Source: Macrostomum lignano
Taxonomy: Eukaryota
Length of the DNA: 64,000 nucleotides
Assembly (NCBI GenBank): GCA_002269645.1
Contig: NIVC01002546.1
Span: forward strand, 1 to 64,000
Reading direction: 5' to 3'
This document shows, in pieces, positions 24,894-38,800 of the stretch; the first letter of the stretch is position 1, and every line of letters starts with the position of its first letter. Position numbers and translations under genes: made by a program. The notes under the pieces were generated by a model. That model was not told the origin of the DNA. It saw only the letters and a program-made list of their open reading frames with translations, and did not search any database.

Positions 24894-27247
24894 CTCAGAT
24901 AACTTCAAACGCGCGTCAGTTTTTCAGGGTCATTGTCTTGTCTCGTTTTCTATTCTGTAAGTAGTCCTGGTTGTCAATGTAATCATTGCATGAAATTTTT
25001 TCTGGTACGTATTCCTGATTTATCTGCTGGGTAGCTATTGTTGTGTAGCTTTTGTCGATGTTAGCCAGCCGATGTGTGTGTGCTAGGCTTATTCTAAAAG
25101 CTCTATTGCTAGGACACAGGAAGAAAATATGACTGGGGAATTAGACGGGACCAAGAAAGAGACACTAACTGGCAAACTTTCGGCTAGCAAACGCCGGCTG
25201 GCTAACATCGTAGACCCAGTACCATCTAGTACTTGTACTTAAGCAAGCTTTGTTTCTTGTTAGTTTTTCTAAACTAAAAAGCCCTTTTTCACAAAACATG
25301 CGCGCCTAATGCTCAGCTATATTTATCCTACATGTTATGTTTTACGTTTTCTCTCATATGCCGTGCGCTTTGTTTAGATACACCTAATTCTTTGTCACAT
25401 TTTTGCAGTTTTTTATGTTTAATTGCTTTTACGTAAAACTCCGGGGACACAAATTTTTTTTTTACATTTGGCTTCTTTGTTTGGTAATAAATATTACATT
25501 TTCGGCTCACTCACTTAGTTGAGACCTGTCTTATACATAAAACTAACCAATTGTGTTATTTTGAGTGTGTCTTATTGTGTGTACATCGCCCATGGTTTGG
25601 TAAGACAAACCAGAATAGAACTAAGTACGGTTTTAATGAGCCGATTTAAACGAAGGTACGAAGTGCAATGTATTCATATATATACGAGTATATATGGCTC
25701 GCAAGATGACTAAAAATGCATTATTTCTAATTAATTGCAACCACATTATAAATGCATTTTATATATATAGAATTTGCATTATAATGGCAATTATAATGCC
25801 ATTAAGTGGCAATTATAATGCCATTAAGTGGCATTCAATGTCATTATAATGGCCAGTAAAAATGCATTATTTACCCATTATGGGTCCCTAGGGGGGGATT
25901 CTTGCGGTGGCGAGTCTATGGGGTAGCTACATGTACTATTACATTGCTAAATACGAAGATATGTACTTTTGGCCTTCAACGCGCCAACTAGCCTCTCATA
26001 GCGCTGATGATAGACTAACTCGAACTTCAGAGACCGCATGATTCATTTACCCGAGCCGCTTGGCTACCCTAGAGTGCACAAAGTACATCTCTGGCGCCGA
26101 TTCTGCACTTTTGGCAGTTTTGCTCACTGATTTGATAGATTGGTCGACTGAGAACTGCCTTGCCATTGGTCCACTGTGACCGGCGCCTACTAGCTTAGCT
26201 ACTTATCTGAGCCATCGGCGAACAAAGAAATAAAAATAGACAGTAAATAGATAATAATAAAAATAGAAAGAAATAGACAAATCGTTGTCACGGGCTGCGA
26301 CGACTGCTGATTCTTTGCATTGTTATGCTGCTTGACGATCCTAAAAACAACGCATTGTTTGTATTTAATGTATTGTTCTGCATAAAAAATGTGAATAAAT
26401 GATCGTCAAATTAATTGCAAATGATTGATTAGGAATTGCTAGACCAAGACACTTAATCATTGTCAATCTCTCAAACCACATACTCAACTATACATTGCCT
26501 CAGACTCATCAACTCGCTCTATCATCTATCTTATTGTTGCGCAGCCGCCTAGTGCATTCCTAATTAAATTAATACGGATTCAGCAAATACGCGCAGGTCC
26601 ATCTCTATTAACTACCCAGACGGAATTGATAACAAACGAGCCTTAACTATCCAAACATACGGGTACATAAATAAGTAATAAATAATACATAAATAAGAAT
26701 TGCGGCCATTGCCGCATCATTCGTCAATATCATCGAGTGCTACCGCGCTACACAGTTTGCCTCCGTGTATTCGCCTTCGTCATTTGATCCTGAGTCTGCC
26801 ATTTAATCGTCACACTTCTGAAAACTCTGAACCAATTCCAAAAGCAATTTATATCTATTCTATTTTTTCAGTTTTTTGCAACTGACACAGCTGGCTTGAT
26901 TAAAAATTCGGGTGCTGGAGTTGACCGCGAAGTGAGCTTAAATTATAAATGATCTTTACGGTTTATTTTGTTTGCTAAAACAAAATAGTTTTATTTTTAA
27001 GATACAAACGATTGAACTATAGAAATTGGTTTATATATTTTTTTAAAAACAAGTAGCTTAATAAAAATTTGTTAACACAAGTTATAAAATAATTACGCTG
27101 TTGCTTTTAACTTGCAGCAATTTATATATTCGACACTGGCACTTGACGAATCACGAATGTAAATGTGCTTCTCTCTGGTCTGGTCTATGTTTAGGGTTTT
27201 AATCAATCAATAATCGAATCTTCTGTAGTCCGAATTCACTAGTTGAT

Positions 27248-29280
27248 ATGGCCATTCGGTATTCTCCAGTGGACGATGTTGTCAATAGTGGGGCACTAGG
27301 GCAGATGGATTCTCCTAATTTTACTTTTGTGTACGACTTTGAGAAATTGTCAACTGGTCTAGAGGAGGACTTTCGTGCGTGGACTGAGGTAAGACGTTTA
27401 CTTAACTTTTTTACTTCATTTTTGGCAGCTTTTAAATTTTAATGCTTTTGCATAATTAAATCACAATTCGCAATATTTCAATCTCTATGTAACTAAATTT
27501 TAAACCTAAATTTATCTTTGTGCCAAATGTCAAAGTAATTAGCAAACTTAATAGTAAATGATTTTATGTTTTGGGTTTTATAGTTTAAAATATTTTTATG
27601 TGATTTTGTCTAGTTTCGCCATTTTTTTCAAATGTATTTATATTTTAATTATAATTATATTAATACATGATGCAAACTATAGTAGTGCACTAGTCAAACA
27701 ATGAATAGCTGGCCATCCACAACACATTGAAATTTTTGCTTCTAATAATTCTCTGTAGAGGTTGATTCTTTTTGTTAATTGAGTTTTTAAAAGTGTTTGC
27801 CCTTTATATTAAGTTTTTACTTTTGTGCAAAAAGTGTTACCATAAAAACAATAAACCAATTAAGTTTTTCAAAGTGTTAGATAGGTGCAAATTTGACCAT
27901 AAGCTTAAGATTATTGAAGCTTGGTATATCACAATGCACAAGCCCAACTTAAATGCATAGCTATCTAGCAATGGGGTGGAATGTAAGCTCAGACTATGAA
28001 GTATGCTATCTTTTTTTGCTCTTGTTCCATTTTGTACTTAGGCTCATTTTAAAATTTTACTGGACTTTTTTGACCTATCTTTGGACTTTTATGTTTCTGT
28101 TGGCATTTATTTTCTTACTACTGTGTATAAATTTTAATTATCATACTCATTTATTTGTTTTAGAGAAACTGGCACTACACAGTGTATATCTCGGCCATCT
28201 ATGTTGCCATGGTGTTCTATGGCCAGCACTACATGAAGAATCGTCCACCATTCAACTTGCGACCAATGCTGGCTGCATGGAGCGGCATCTTGGCTATCTT
28301 TAGCATCATGGGAGCTTATCGGTATGGCATTGTCTCAACAGCTAATGCAGTAATTTATGCCAAAATTAGGCTCAATCAATTCGCAAAAAACCATGATAAT
28401 TTCCAGGACACTGCCTGAACTAATTCACACCTGGCAAAACTATTCGTTCCATCACACGATCTGCCATCCAAACTATTTCTATGGCGTCACAGGTTTCTGG
28501 TCAATCTGCTTTGTACTTAGCAAAGCCTACGAACTTGGCGACACAGCCTTTATTGTGCTGCGCAAGCAGAATTTAATGTTCTTGCACTGGTACCATCACA
28601 TCACCGTTCTCATGTACGTGTTCCAGAGCTACTCTGAGCACACGGCTCCTGGCAGGTGAGACTCTTTAATCTAACTAGTACGATTTAAATCGGGATGATT
28701 AGCATAAGTTTTGTTATGCAATTTCTCAGATGGTTCTTCGCTATGAACTACACTGTGCACGCGTTTATGTACTCCTACTATGCCCTGCGCGCGATGCAAT
28801 TCCGTCCGCCCCGTTGGACCAGCATGTGCATCACCAGCATGCAGATTGTGCAGATGATCATCGGCTGTCTGGTTTTTGCCTACGTGCAGTGGACTAAGCG
28901 GGTAAGCATTTGGAGAGGTGTTTGGGGGGGGGGTGTTGTGATTTGATTGATTTGGTGATTTGTGGAGAAAGCCACAAGGACCGCTGTGCACCATCGAACT
29001 CACCCAGGCCGGCCTGCCCTGCCAAGTGTCGGACGCGAACGCCCTATCTGGCAGCATCATGTACCTGTCTTACTTCCTGCTTTTCGCCAACTTCTTCTAT
29101 CACTCTTATATGAAGCCGTCGGCTCGCAGGTCGACCGCCACCACCGCTGCTGCTGCTGGTAGTGGTGGAAGCGGTTCCAATTCAAGCGAGCAGCACACAA
29201 AACAGCCGGATGTAGCCGCTGTGCTGAAGTCGGTAGCCAGCATGGAACGCCACGGTTTTGTTGCTAAGAAGGAGAAATAA
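27248..29280 (+). CDS. ELOVL6: Fatty-acid elongase, ELOVL6/ELOVL3-like
   Basis: Exons 27248-27388, 28164-28321, 28407-28655, 28730-28901 and 29008-29280. Motifs [22 protein letters not shown] histidine box, [36 protein letters not shown]-terminal KKEK dilysine ER-retrieval signal. Confidence 0.93.
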
Positions 29281-31269
29281 AGTCAAATACTCGAGTGCAG
29301 GAATTATGCTGGGTTTAGCGAAAAAAACTGGGATAAAATGTTTTTGGCAATTAATAAATTTTCTAAGAACTGAGAATTGTTCATTTGATTTTTGTAAAGC
29401 GGTCTTTTATTATTTATATTATTGCTATTGCTGTTATTTTCTGTTTGAATTTTAACAACTCAGTAATCTTACTTTCCTCTCTGTTCCTAACACCGATCTT
29501 TTCTGTTCTGAATTGCATGTTGTCTGTCCGTCAGGCTGGTAACAAGATTATTACCAGCTAATTAAAGAGGACAGACAACTTGGCAATTGAAAATGCTTGC
29601 GCAAATTAACAAATTACAATATTATTTCCTAGTGAAATAGACATTTTTGTTATATTTTCTAACGATGTTTGAAAGGTCTCTATCGATAGTAACAATATTT
29701 TATTAATTAGTTTGCACCGCTTCAGTCTTCTTTAATTTCTTTTGTTTATCTATATTAAGTTTCTTAAATTCAAATACCTGCTCCAGCGCTTTTTTTTGCG
29801 GACGTTTTGTTTAAACGTCACCCAATGTTACGAGGCCGCATTTTTTATTTGAAGCTATTTCTCTTTAAATGTTGTTTGTTTTAGTTTTTTACGAACTAAT
29901 AATAATAAAGAACTTGATGAAGTTTCAATAGAGATTACTCATTCTGTGCTGTGCTCAACCAAACCAGTTATAGTGTATTGCTTCTTAAATTTAATTTTTT
30001 TCTCTATAAAAAATCATTCTTTTTTTACCAAGTTAATTTTTCCAACACACGCGTATGCAGGTTCTGTGGCGCCAAAACTCGAGTATAAAAATGACACTGA
30101 ATTTGATTTTTTACCGAAGTCATCACGTGTGCACTGCCAGTTTGGTCGCGTAAAGATAATAATAGTAATCATATAATATTTGTATGTTATTAAAATCTCC
30201 CTTCAAATGCCTGAATTTTTTTTTGAAATATAAACTTAGAAGTTGAAATAACCACGCTAAATATCAGTTATAATTTTATTCTAAACATAAATATATAACT
30301 GCCTTTTTCAGTCGGACTTTATTCAATTCTCTATAAAGATTGCGTCGGCTGCGGAATCGTGTCAGGAGAGTTGTCGTCGCACTTGCGCCGAACTGGGAGA
30401 AATCGCATGATCAGTCTTATCTTAGTTGTACTAAAGACCTAAGTTCGCGTCCAGCCCCCCTCCCCCCCCCTGCTGATAAAGAGAGCTTGACTGCAACCAC
30501 AGAAATTGAGACGCTTAAGACTTTTTCTTCTCAATACGGCCAGGGGGCAGGCGTTATTCACTTGTGCATTTATTTTTAGATGCCTTGGCAACTGAGAGAG
30601 AGGGTAAATTTGTATAAAGTTGATTCTGAATGCCATTTGGCCAATGGCCGTGCTAGCAGCAGCGGGCTTTGCACTTTGTACGCTACCGCACCCAGTGTGT
30701 AGCTAGTACGTATGTGCGTGGCGCCACTTTTTTAGAAGCAAGCAGCGAAGAGGGCAAAGCACTTTACCCTGTTGCATTGTGTGTGCGTGTGTTTGAACTG
30801 CGACCGCGCACTCTGAACTTTATACGCGCATTGCTGCGGGTTCAAGTCCTACAGAACTCTGGGAAACACCTGGCCATTATATGCAGCCAAATGCCGTTTT
30901 ATGCTGAGCGTGCGGCAGTGTCTTTATCAGTTCATTTTTTTCTGGTTCATGGTTTTTGCTCCAAGGGACCCGCTAGTATCATATGCAGTTTCTAGCTAAG
31001 AGATACGACCGTATGGTATGTGTCGTGAAGTTTTTTATGACCTCTAATGCACTTGGACAGTTTTATTATATATTGTATATGCCTTGCTTATATCACGATG
31101 GGGTTACATCTGCAGACTGAATAATATTGTCGTTAAAGATTCAATATAATACGAGAGTTAATTACAAAATGTTGTTCTGTCTGTTACTAAAATCTGCTAT
31201 AAACGCTGCTTGCTGTGTTGACATGTTTGGAGTAACGGGTTCTGTATTTATGTAGAGACACTGTTTGCG

Positions 31270-32365
31270 GCCTTCTAGGGCATTGTTGTGTGGCTCTCTG
31301 GGGCATTGTTGTGTGGCTCTCTGGGGCATTGTTGTGTGGCTCTCTGGGGCATTGTTGTGTGGCTTTCTGGGGCACTGTTTTGTGGCTCTGGGGCACTGTT
31401 TTGTGGCTCTCTGGGGCACTGTTTTGTGGCTCTCTGGGGCACTGTTTTGTGGCTCTCTGGGGCACTGTTTTGTGGCTCTCTAGGGTGATGCACTGTTTTG
31501 TGGCTCTCTGGGGTGATGCACTGTTTTGTGGCTCTCTAGGGTGATGCACTGTTTTGTGGCTCTCTAGGGTGATGCACTGTTTTGTGGCTCTCTGGGGCAC
31601 TGTTTTGTGGCTCTCTGGGGCACTGTTTTGTGGCTCTCTGGGGCACTGTTTTGTGGCTCTCTAGGGTGATGCACTGTTTTGTGGCTCTCTGGGGCACTGT
31701 TTTGTGGCTCTCTAGGGTGATGCACTGTTTTGTGGCTCTCTAGGGTGATGCACTGTTTTGTGGCTCTCTAAGGTGATGCACTGTTTTGTGGCTCTCTAGG
31801 GTGATGCACTGTTTTGTGGCTCTCTAGGGCACTGTTTTGTGGCTCTCTAGGGCACTGTTTTGTGGCTCTCTAGAGTGATGCACTGTTTTGTGGCTCTCTA
31901 GAGTGATGCACTGTTTTGTCGCTCTCTAGAGTGATGCACTGTTTTGTGGCTCTCTAGGGTGATGCACTGTTTTGTGGCTCTCTAGGGTGATGCACTGTTT
32001 TGTGGCTCTCTAGGGTGATGCACTGTTTTGTGGCTCTCTAGGGCACTGTTTTGTGGCTCTCTAGGGCACTGTTTTGTGGCTCTCTAGAGTGATGCACTGT
32101 TTTGTGGCTCTCTAGAGTGATGCACTGTTTTGTGGGTCTCTAGAGTGATGCACTGTTTTGTGGCTCTCTAGGGTGATGCACTGTTTTGTGGCTCTCTAGG
32201 GCACTGTTTTGTGGCTCTCTGGGGTGATGCACTGTTTTGTGGCTCTCTGGGGCACTGATTAGTGACTCTCTAGGGGTGATTAGTGACACTCTGGGGCACT
32301 GGTTAGTGACCCTCTGGGGGTGATTAGTGACACTCTGGGGCACTGTTTTGTGGCTCTCTGGGGCA
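31270..32365. repeat. 21-27 bp minisatellite (GCACTGTTTTGTGGCTCTCTAGGG[TGAT])n
   Basis: About 40 tandem variant units between the ELOVL and TRPA1 3' ends. Confidence 0.95.
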
Positions 32366-32841
32366 GTTTGTGGCAGTTTGATTCGATTTTCAACTGGACA
32401 GAATTCAATGCAATTCAAACACTTATTGATTACTTTAAGTAGAAAAGCAAAAATATTTTTCTTTTTTTTATTTCCAGAATGATGTTAAATTAAATATTTG
32501 GGTAAAGTAATCATACAGAGGGGGGAACAATTGCATGTAGGGGCAGTTGGTTACCAGACTAATTAACAGCGATAATTCTTAATGAAATCAAAATTACACC
32601 AAACAGAGAGGATTAAATCTAAATAGGATAGCAAAAAGAGATAATAGAATTCCGAATAAATATTGATTAGTCATTGGCATTGACTGTTTTGTTAAACTTT
32701 CACATGTGTTGTGTTGTAGTAGTGGCAAAATATATGTATATATCTGTTTATAAGTGTTGTCAAGTCAATATGCATCCAAAGTTATACAGTTGGTTAAAAT
32801 ATGTTTCACAAAATAACCATTGTCATAACAAAGCTTAGTCT

Positions 32842-35800
32842 TTAGGTTGCGATCTCATCCCCGACATCGGGGACGTGTTCATCCGTGCAATTATCCTCAG
32901 CGTCCACGTAGTTTAGAGAGGACTCGTCCTGGTCTATCTGGAGCTTGCGCATTATCGCCTGCATAAAGGTCGGAGTTTGTTGGGATTGGAATTTCTTGGA
33001 GATTACATGCGTAAATTATTTCCATAGATAGAGCTTTCTAGTTGGGCAATTTCTATGGGCATTGGTGCTGTTGGGTGGGTGACTTCTATAGGGAGTGGGT
33101 GCTGTGGGCTGGGTGGGTGACTTCTATGGGCAGTGGGTGCTGAGGGGTAGGTGACTTCAATGGGAAGCGGGTGCTGAGGGGTGGGTGACTTGTGTGTGTT
33201 TTTTGGGTGGCGGAAGCTTAGACTATACCCTTAGTTTTGTGAAAGAACATTCCCAAACTTACCCCTAGCATAGCTTCGATCTTCACAGTTTTTGACTTCA
33301 ACTCTTTCAGCTTGGTTTTCACCGTCACCATGGAGACGTCGGTGTCTTCCTGTTTCTTGTAGATTTTATCCCATTGATCCAGCTCGGGATCGAGAGCTCT
33401 GTTAAGCTGGTCTCGTGTGATCCAAATATTGTCGAACATCTTGGATATGAAGTAGGTTTTCTTGCTTCGATCCGGATTTGGATAATATATTTCGGATTTG
33501 ATGACGAACTTCCTGGTCAGCACCATCGGTAGGATAGCTTCCACATCAAGGGCCAACTCGACCTGTTATTGGCATGGATGCTCTTTTAGTCACTTGAAAA
33601 TTATTTTCTATATAAATTTTCTCTGCCGCTATGCTTTGCAATTTACGTACGTTACAAATCATACTGCTCATCTTTCCACGAAATCAGTTTTTTCATATTT
33701 CATATTTCATACAATCAGAATTTTCCGAGCAGCTGTCATTTCTATGGTAGAGGCAGTGGTTCTTACTGATCGGAGTATCTGCTCAGCCTTGGAGAGCTAT
33801 TATTTGTAGAAGCAAAGGGTTGTGGGCACCCTGGTGCACTTTAAGCGACATTGTCACACAACCGGCGAGAGGCATTACTGCCCATTCCGCCGACTCCCCT
33901 GAGCAGGCACACAAGCGCGCGGATACGTACGCAGTCATACACACAGGCACACACTCACACAAGAGTGTACAGCGGCCCTAACTTGATTGATCGTTAGGCA
34001 TGTACACTTCACTGTGCCTTGGGGGTTGACCTTCAAGAGCGTTTAATTGCACGAGCAGAGCGAAGCCGAGACTCCAATTTAGCTCCAGATTATTGCGACT
34101 GCACTTGGAATCGAGCCTGGGCTGCTGGCGCATCAGAGCGCCGCGCCAGATCACTGGGCTTCGCCCCCCCCCGCCCTGCCTCGGAGTAGCTCGCATTTGC
34201 TCTAGTGGTATAAAATCCTCGCAAGAAAATGCTCACGTGCAATTTCTTGGTTTGCACTTTACAGGCCTGTGCAAATCTTTGTGTGCGAGCATGTTGTACA
34301 GTTTGACGTCGCTACCAGCTACTGTAATTGATGCACATTTGAAATCATCACCGAATACTAACGATCGCTCACCTGCATTGCCATCCGGTTAAGCGAAGCC
34401 TGCTCCTGCACCGCTTTGATGTCGTCGACTGCGAGACCGACCAGCAGGTTCATGATGATGATGCTCATGATGGCCAGGAAAAAAACAAACACGGCGTAAG
34501 TAGCGGCATTGTAAAATATTTGCTGGCTCGCGTTCAGCTTGTTGTCAGGCTCGTACTGGTTGTCGAACGTGTCCGCGTACTCAAATTCGCCGATCATCAT
34601 GACGGTGGTCTTGAGAATTGTCTTCCCCAAATTGTCGAACCCAATCTGGTTCTGCATCAGCAGGTAGAATGCGATGCTGAACGATAATATGAACAAGAAA
34701 AAGACCAAAAAGAATCGAGAAAAGGTAAAGAAGATGTCCGTGAACATGACAACGTAGATGCCGAAGCGAGGCATCTTGCGGATGTACAGGACCAGGTTGA
34801 GCCAAGCAATCAGGATGCCCAGGGCTCCCGTGTTCCATTGCCAGTCCTGCAGAAGTAGAAAAGATTTTAATGTTTGATAGGAAAACTGCACATTTTTCCA
34901 CTAAATACTAATATGTTTAGTAGAGTTACATTTAAAGTTTTTTGTAACCAAAAAAAAAATCAAGCCAAGAGCGCACGTCTGCTTTTTCCACCCGTTTCAA
35001 CCTTTTCAAGGTGGCATATCAGGTTGTAGCCTAGTACTCGCAGTTAGAGCGTCGGACTCTCACGATTCAAAGTTGAGGGTTCGATTCTCGACCCACTCGG
35101 AAAATCTGTCCCTGAGCTGCAAGCCGCTTAACTCTGCATTGCTTCAGTTCACCCAGCTGTAAAATGGGTGCCAGCATTAGCTGGGGTAATTGAGGGTGGG
35201 TGTGGCGACCCCCCTCCCAGTCCTTGGACTAAACAGCCGTACGCAGCCTTCAGATATGGCTGAGCTGTTGGTTGCACATCTGCCCATTACGGTATTAGGG
35301 CAGGTGTAATAAAGAGGAGGCAAAAATACCAAGCGTTTAAATATTTGCATCGGCTGAGCCTGATTAGCGACTTTTTTAATCATGTGTGTGAATAGCCTTC
35401 GTAACGTTCAACAATCTAATTTGGAATTTTGTTCCAATACTTGACCGCGCAGCCCTGTTGATTTTCACGTTCTTTGACTCTATTTAGAAAGTGGAAAACT
35501 CCTTTCTGGTGAACTTGGTAACTCTATATTCTCCAATTTCAATAACACCACTCAAAAACTATGTTCAGTGTATGCATGCTGTAACTTACAGTTCGAACGC
35601 CGCAGGTCCTCTGACAATCGCTCAGATCAATCACCGTGACAATGGCCAAACTGAAGATGCTCCAGTCCATCAGATTCTCCATGTTTATGTACTTCAGCCG
35701 GCTTATAAATACCTGGCTCACCTGTTTAATGTTTTAATTGTTAATTTCGATTCAATGCTAAAATTCATACGGAAACCGAATCCTAGATTTGGTCCTTGGT

Positions 35801-38800
35801 CTACCATTGGTGTACGAACCTCTTTGAGCAGAAACAAGCCTCCCAACCCGATCACAAGCCACATAGCCACAAAAGCCACTGCTGGCTTCGAACAGCTGGA
35901 CATTGCCTTCAACACCTGGTCGCATTCGTTCCCGCTCCACGGACTGACGTTGTAGGCCGAATAGAACGGTCCGTAGTACATGTAAGTCGGCTTCAGCACC
36001 AGCATGTAGGCGGTGAAAGCGGCGAGAAAGATGGCGTACAGTGACAGGTTGATGTAGTACACCCAGCGACCGTAGGAGGTCCACTTGTGACGCAGCAGAG
36101 CCGATACTAGCGGGTGCTTCAACAGAGTCTCGCGCTTCTTCCTGTTGATTACAAAAGAAAAATACGATGTGGTCACTAAATATATGGTCACTGAAAGCTT
36201 GCAAGACTTCTCTATGTTTCTCACTTGACCATCAGCATCAGTGGATGGTTCTTCTTCAACGAGCCTTTAACCGAACGAAACTTCAGATCCTTGCGCAGGT
36301 AGCCCTCTGTGTCGTAGATGTCTATATTCTGACTCAGTGCATCGCCGACCGTTGAGGCGCTGTCGGAGCCTCCACCGCCGCCACTACCGACACTGCCTCC
36401 GCCGTTGCTGCCCCCATCCATCTGGTCAAATCCGAGAGCTGCGGCGTCTTTGCTGCGCAGCGGAGCCCAGCTGCTGTACATGTCGTCCAGGAACTCGTAG
36501 TAGAACACAACCTTGTAGTTAGGGTCGTCCGGCGGTCGGCGCTGCTTGTTGTTCTCAACGCAGCGGTTAAAGACCTTCTCGGCCACTGCTGGCATCTTGC
36601 GGATGAGCTTCCTGAGCGGCGTGTCCTTCTCGCCCTTCTCGCCGATTGTCTCGTTGCGCAGAGCCTCCTTCCATTGGTTGGAGTTGATCAGCGTCAGGGC
36701 GACCTTCTTGTGCCCGTGATCGATCGCGGCGTCCAAGCAGTTGCAGTTGTGCAGCGGACTCTTGATGTTGGAGTACTTGATGCGGTTGTCCACCTGGTGG
36801 TTTAGTTTTGACTTTATTTTGTTAATGAAGAATAAAGACGAATTTAAGATTCTAAAGTTGGTGTTTGTTCTGGAATATTGATATAAAATGAAAGAGAATC
36901 ATGGCAATGAGCTAGGTGAATGGCTATTACTCTCGTATATCTGCTAGCAATGAATGTGTCGTATATTTGTTTTTTACACTCTGATGACTGCAGACGGCCT
37001 GGGAAGAAGTCTTATTTGCTAGACCTAAAGTTGGCATCCAATGCGTAGAGAGCCTCACCCTGGCACCGATTTTCAGCAGCAGCTCAACCATCTCCTGGTG
37101 CCCACCCTGACAGGCGAGGAAAAGCGGGGTGATGTTCGACTTGTCCGCCGGATCGATTGGCGAGTCGTTCTCCAACAGCACCTGGGCCACCTTGGTGAAG
37201 CCCTTGGACGCGGCGCAGTCCATCGCAGTCCAGCCGCGCGAGTTCCTGGCCTCAACGTCGGCTTTGCCCTCTTCGATGAGCACTTGGCAGATCTTGGAGT
37301 GGCCAGCCAGTGCCGCCAGGTGCAGCGGCGTGTTCGAATCTTCGTCCTCGTCGTGCGCCAGGTTGCGGCTGAGGCGTAGCAGGTGACGGACGATGGGCAC
37401 GTGGCCGGCTTTGGCGGCCAGATGAATTGGCGTCTCTTCGTCCTCGTTTTTGTCATCGTATTTGGCCTTGTAGCGCAGTAACAGCTCGACTACGTCAAGA
37501 TAGCCTGCGATTGTTTAGTAACACTCGTAGCTTTTCATTAGGCATTTGATCGCAAAGTTCAAATACTAGAGCGATTGTTGACTGTAAAAAACAAACCAAT
37601 CAAACGTAAGAGTACATTTACGCTCGTACAAGGTTAAAATACGCGTAGCGCAGACAGGTGGATAATTTCTAAAAGCAGTACATGCTTCGATTATCACGTA
37701 TAGTGCAATCTGCTTTTAAATTAACCATGAACTAAGGAATGGATCTCGATCAGTTTCCCGTCCGCTAATTGAATTGATTGTGCCAATGAAGAAAGATACG
37801 AAGACAATAATATACACTCGTACAAAGCTCCTATCAATGTAGCTCCAATTGCGCATTGATTCATCAATGGCTATTTACGAGCTAGTCAATCAAAAGTAAA
37901 TAGTCTTAAACAGCTATCTTATTAGCAGGTCGATGGCGTTCAATAAAATGAAGCATAGTAAGGCAAATTGCAGCGGCCTACCATTCTCGCAGGCAACGTG
38001 CAACGGCGTATTGTTGTTGACATCCGCTTCGTCAATGACGCGATTCTCAGTGACCACCGGATTGTCCAATAGAGCTTTAAGCACTTTGGTGTTGTGCCAC
38101 TGGGCTGCCAGGTACAGGGCGGATCGATCCTGGCCGTCCGTGCACAGCGGATTGGCTCCTTTCTCCAGCAGGATCTGGACGCATCCGGGATCGTCCTGCT
38201 GGCAGCTGGCCAGAAGGAGGGGTGTGTTCTCCTCCCTATCTTTGGCGTCGATCACGGAGCTGTCAATTTCCAGCAGGTACTTCAGCAGGTCATTCTGATT
38301 GAAGTTCGCCGCCTTGTGCAACGCCGTCTGTCGATCGGTGTCCAAAGCGTTTAGGCTGGCGCCGTGACGGATGAGCAGCTCAACCATGGCCGTGCTGCCA
38401 GTGCGAGCAGCGAGATGCAGCGGCGTCTCATGACCCGTGTTGCAAGCGTTCACGAAGGCACCTGAATGTCATTTTTGTAGTGATGAGATTTCATTTTTCG
38501 ATTTTATGCTGAACAGTAGAGGTTTTGCTTTTTCAATGCTTACCCTTCTTGAGCAGGACCTCCGCAACAACGATGCATTCATTCTGCACCGCGCTGTGCA
38601 GACAGGTGTTGTTTTCCATATCCTTGCGGTTGATGTACCGCTTCAGGAAGCCTTCGCCTTCGAGCTCGGCGGAGTGCAGCAAGTAGCTGCAGATTTCTTC
38701 GTTACCTTCGGCACTGGCCAGGTGAAGAGCGGTGCAGCCGCTGTTCTCCACCATGTCTAGGTAGTCTTTGTCGTTCGTCTCCATCTCGAGGAGCATCTTC

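Larger units (their letters stand above)
17211..25893 (+). mobile_element. CACTA/EnSpm (CMC superfamily) DNA transposon, structurally complete
   Basis: TIR CCCTAGGGACCCA(A/T)AATGG..AAATAATGCATTTT at 17211 and inverted ending at 25893. 2-bp TSD GG (17209-17210, 25894-25895). AATGCATT/ATAATGCC subterminal repeats at both ends. Encloses a transposase and a spliced accessory gene. Confidence 0.9.

Noticed and set aside
16880-26290. Solo LTR interrupted by the CACTA element (flanks 16880-17210 and 25896-26290)
   Set aside because: TG and CA candidate ends exist, but I found no matching target-site duplication.
27200-27247. Trans-splice acceptor just upstream of the ELOVL ATG
   Set aside because: A CTGTAG acceptor is present but cannot be distinguished from an ordinary 5' UTR intron without cDNA.
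31162-32418. Cluster of overlapping ORFs on both strands
   Set aside because: All derive from the 21-27 bp tandem array.
35022-35100. tRNA genes at the SINE heads (also ~1150, 40750, 48360, 53620)
   Set aside because: A and B boxes are present, but there is no complete cloverleaf and each runs into a shared SINE body.
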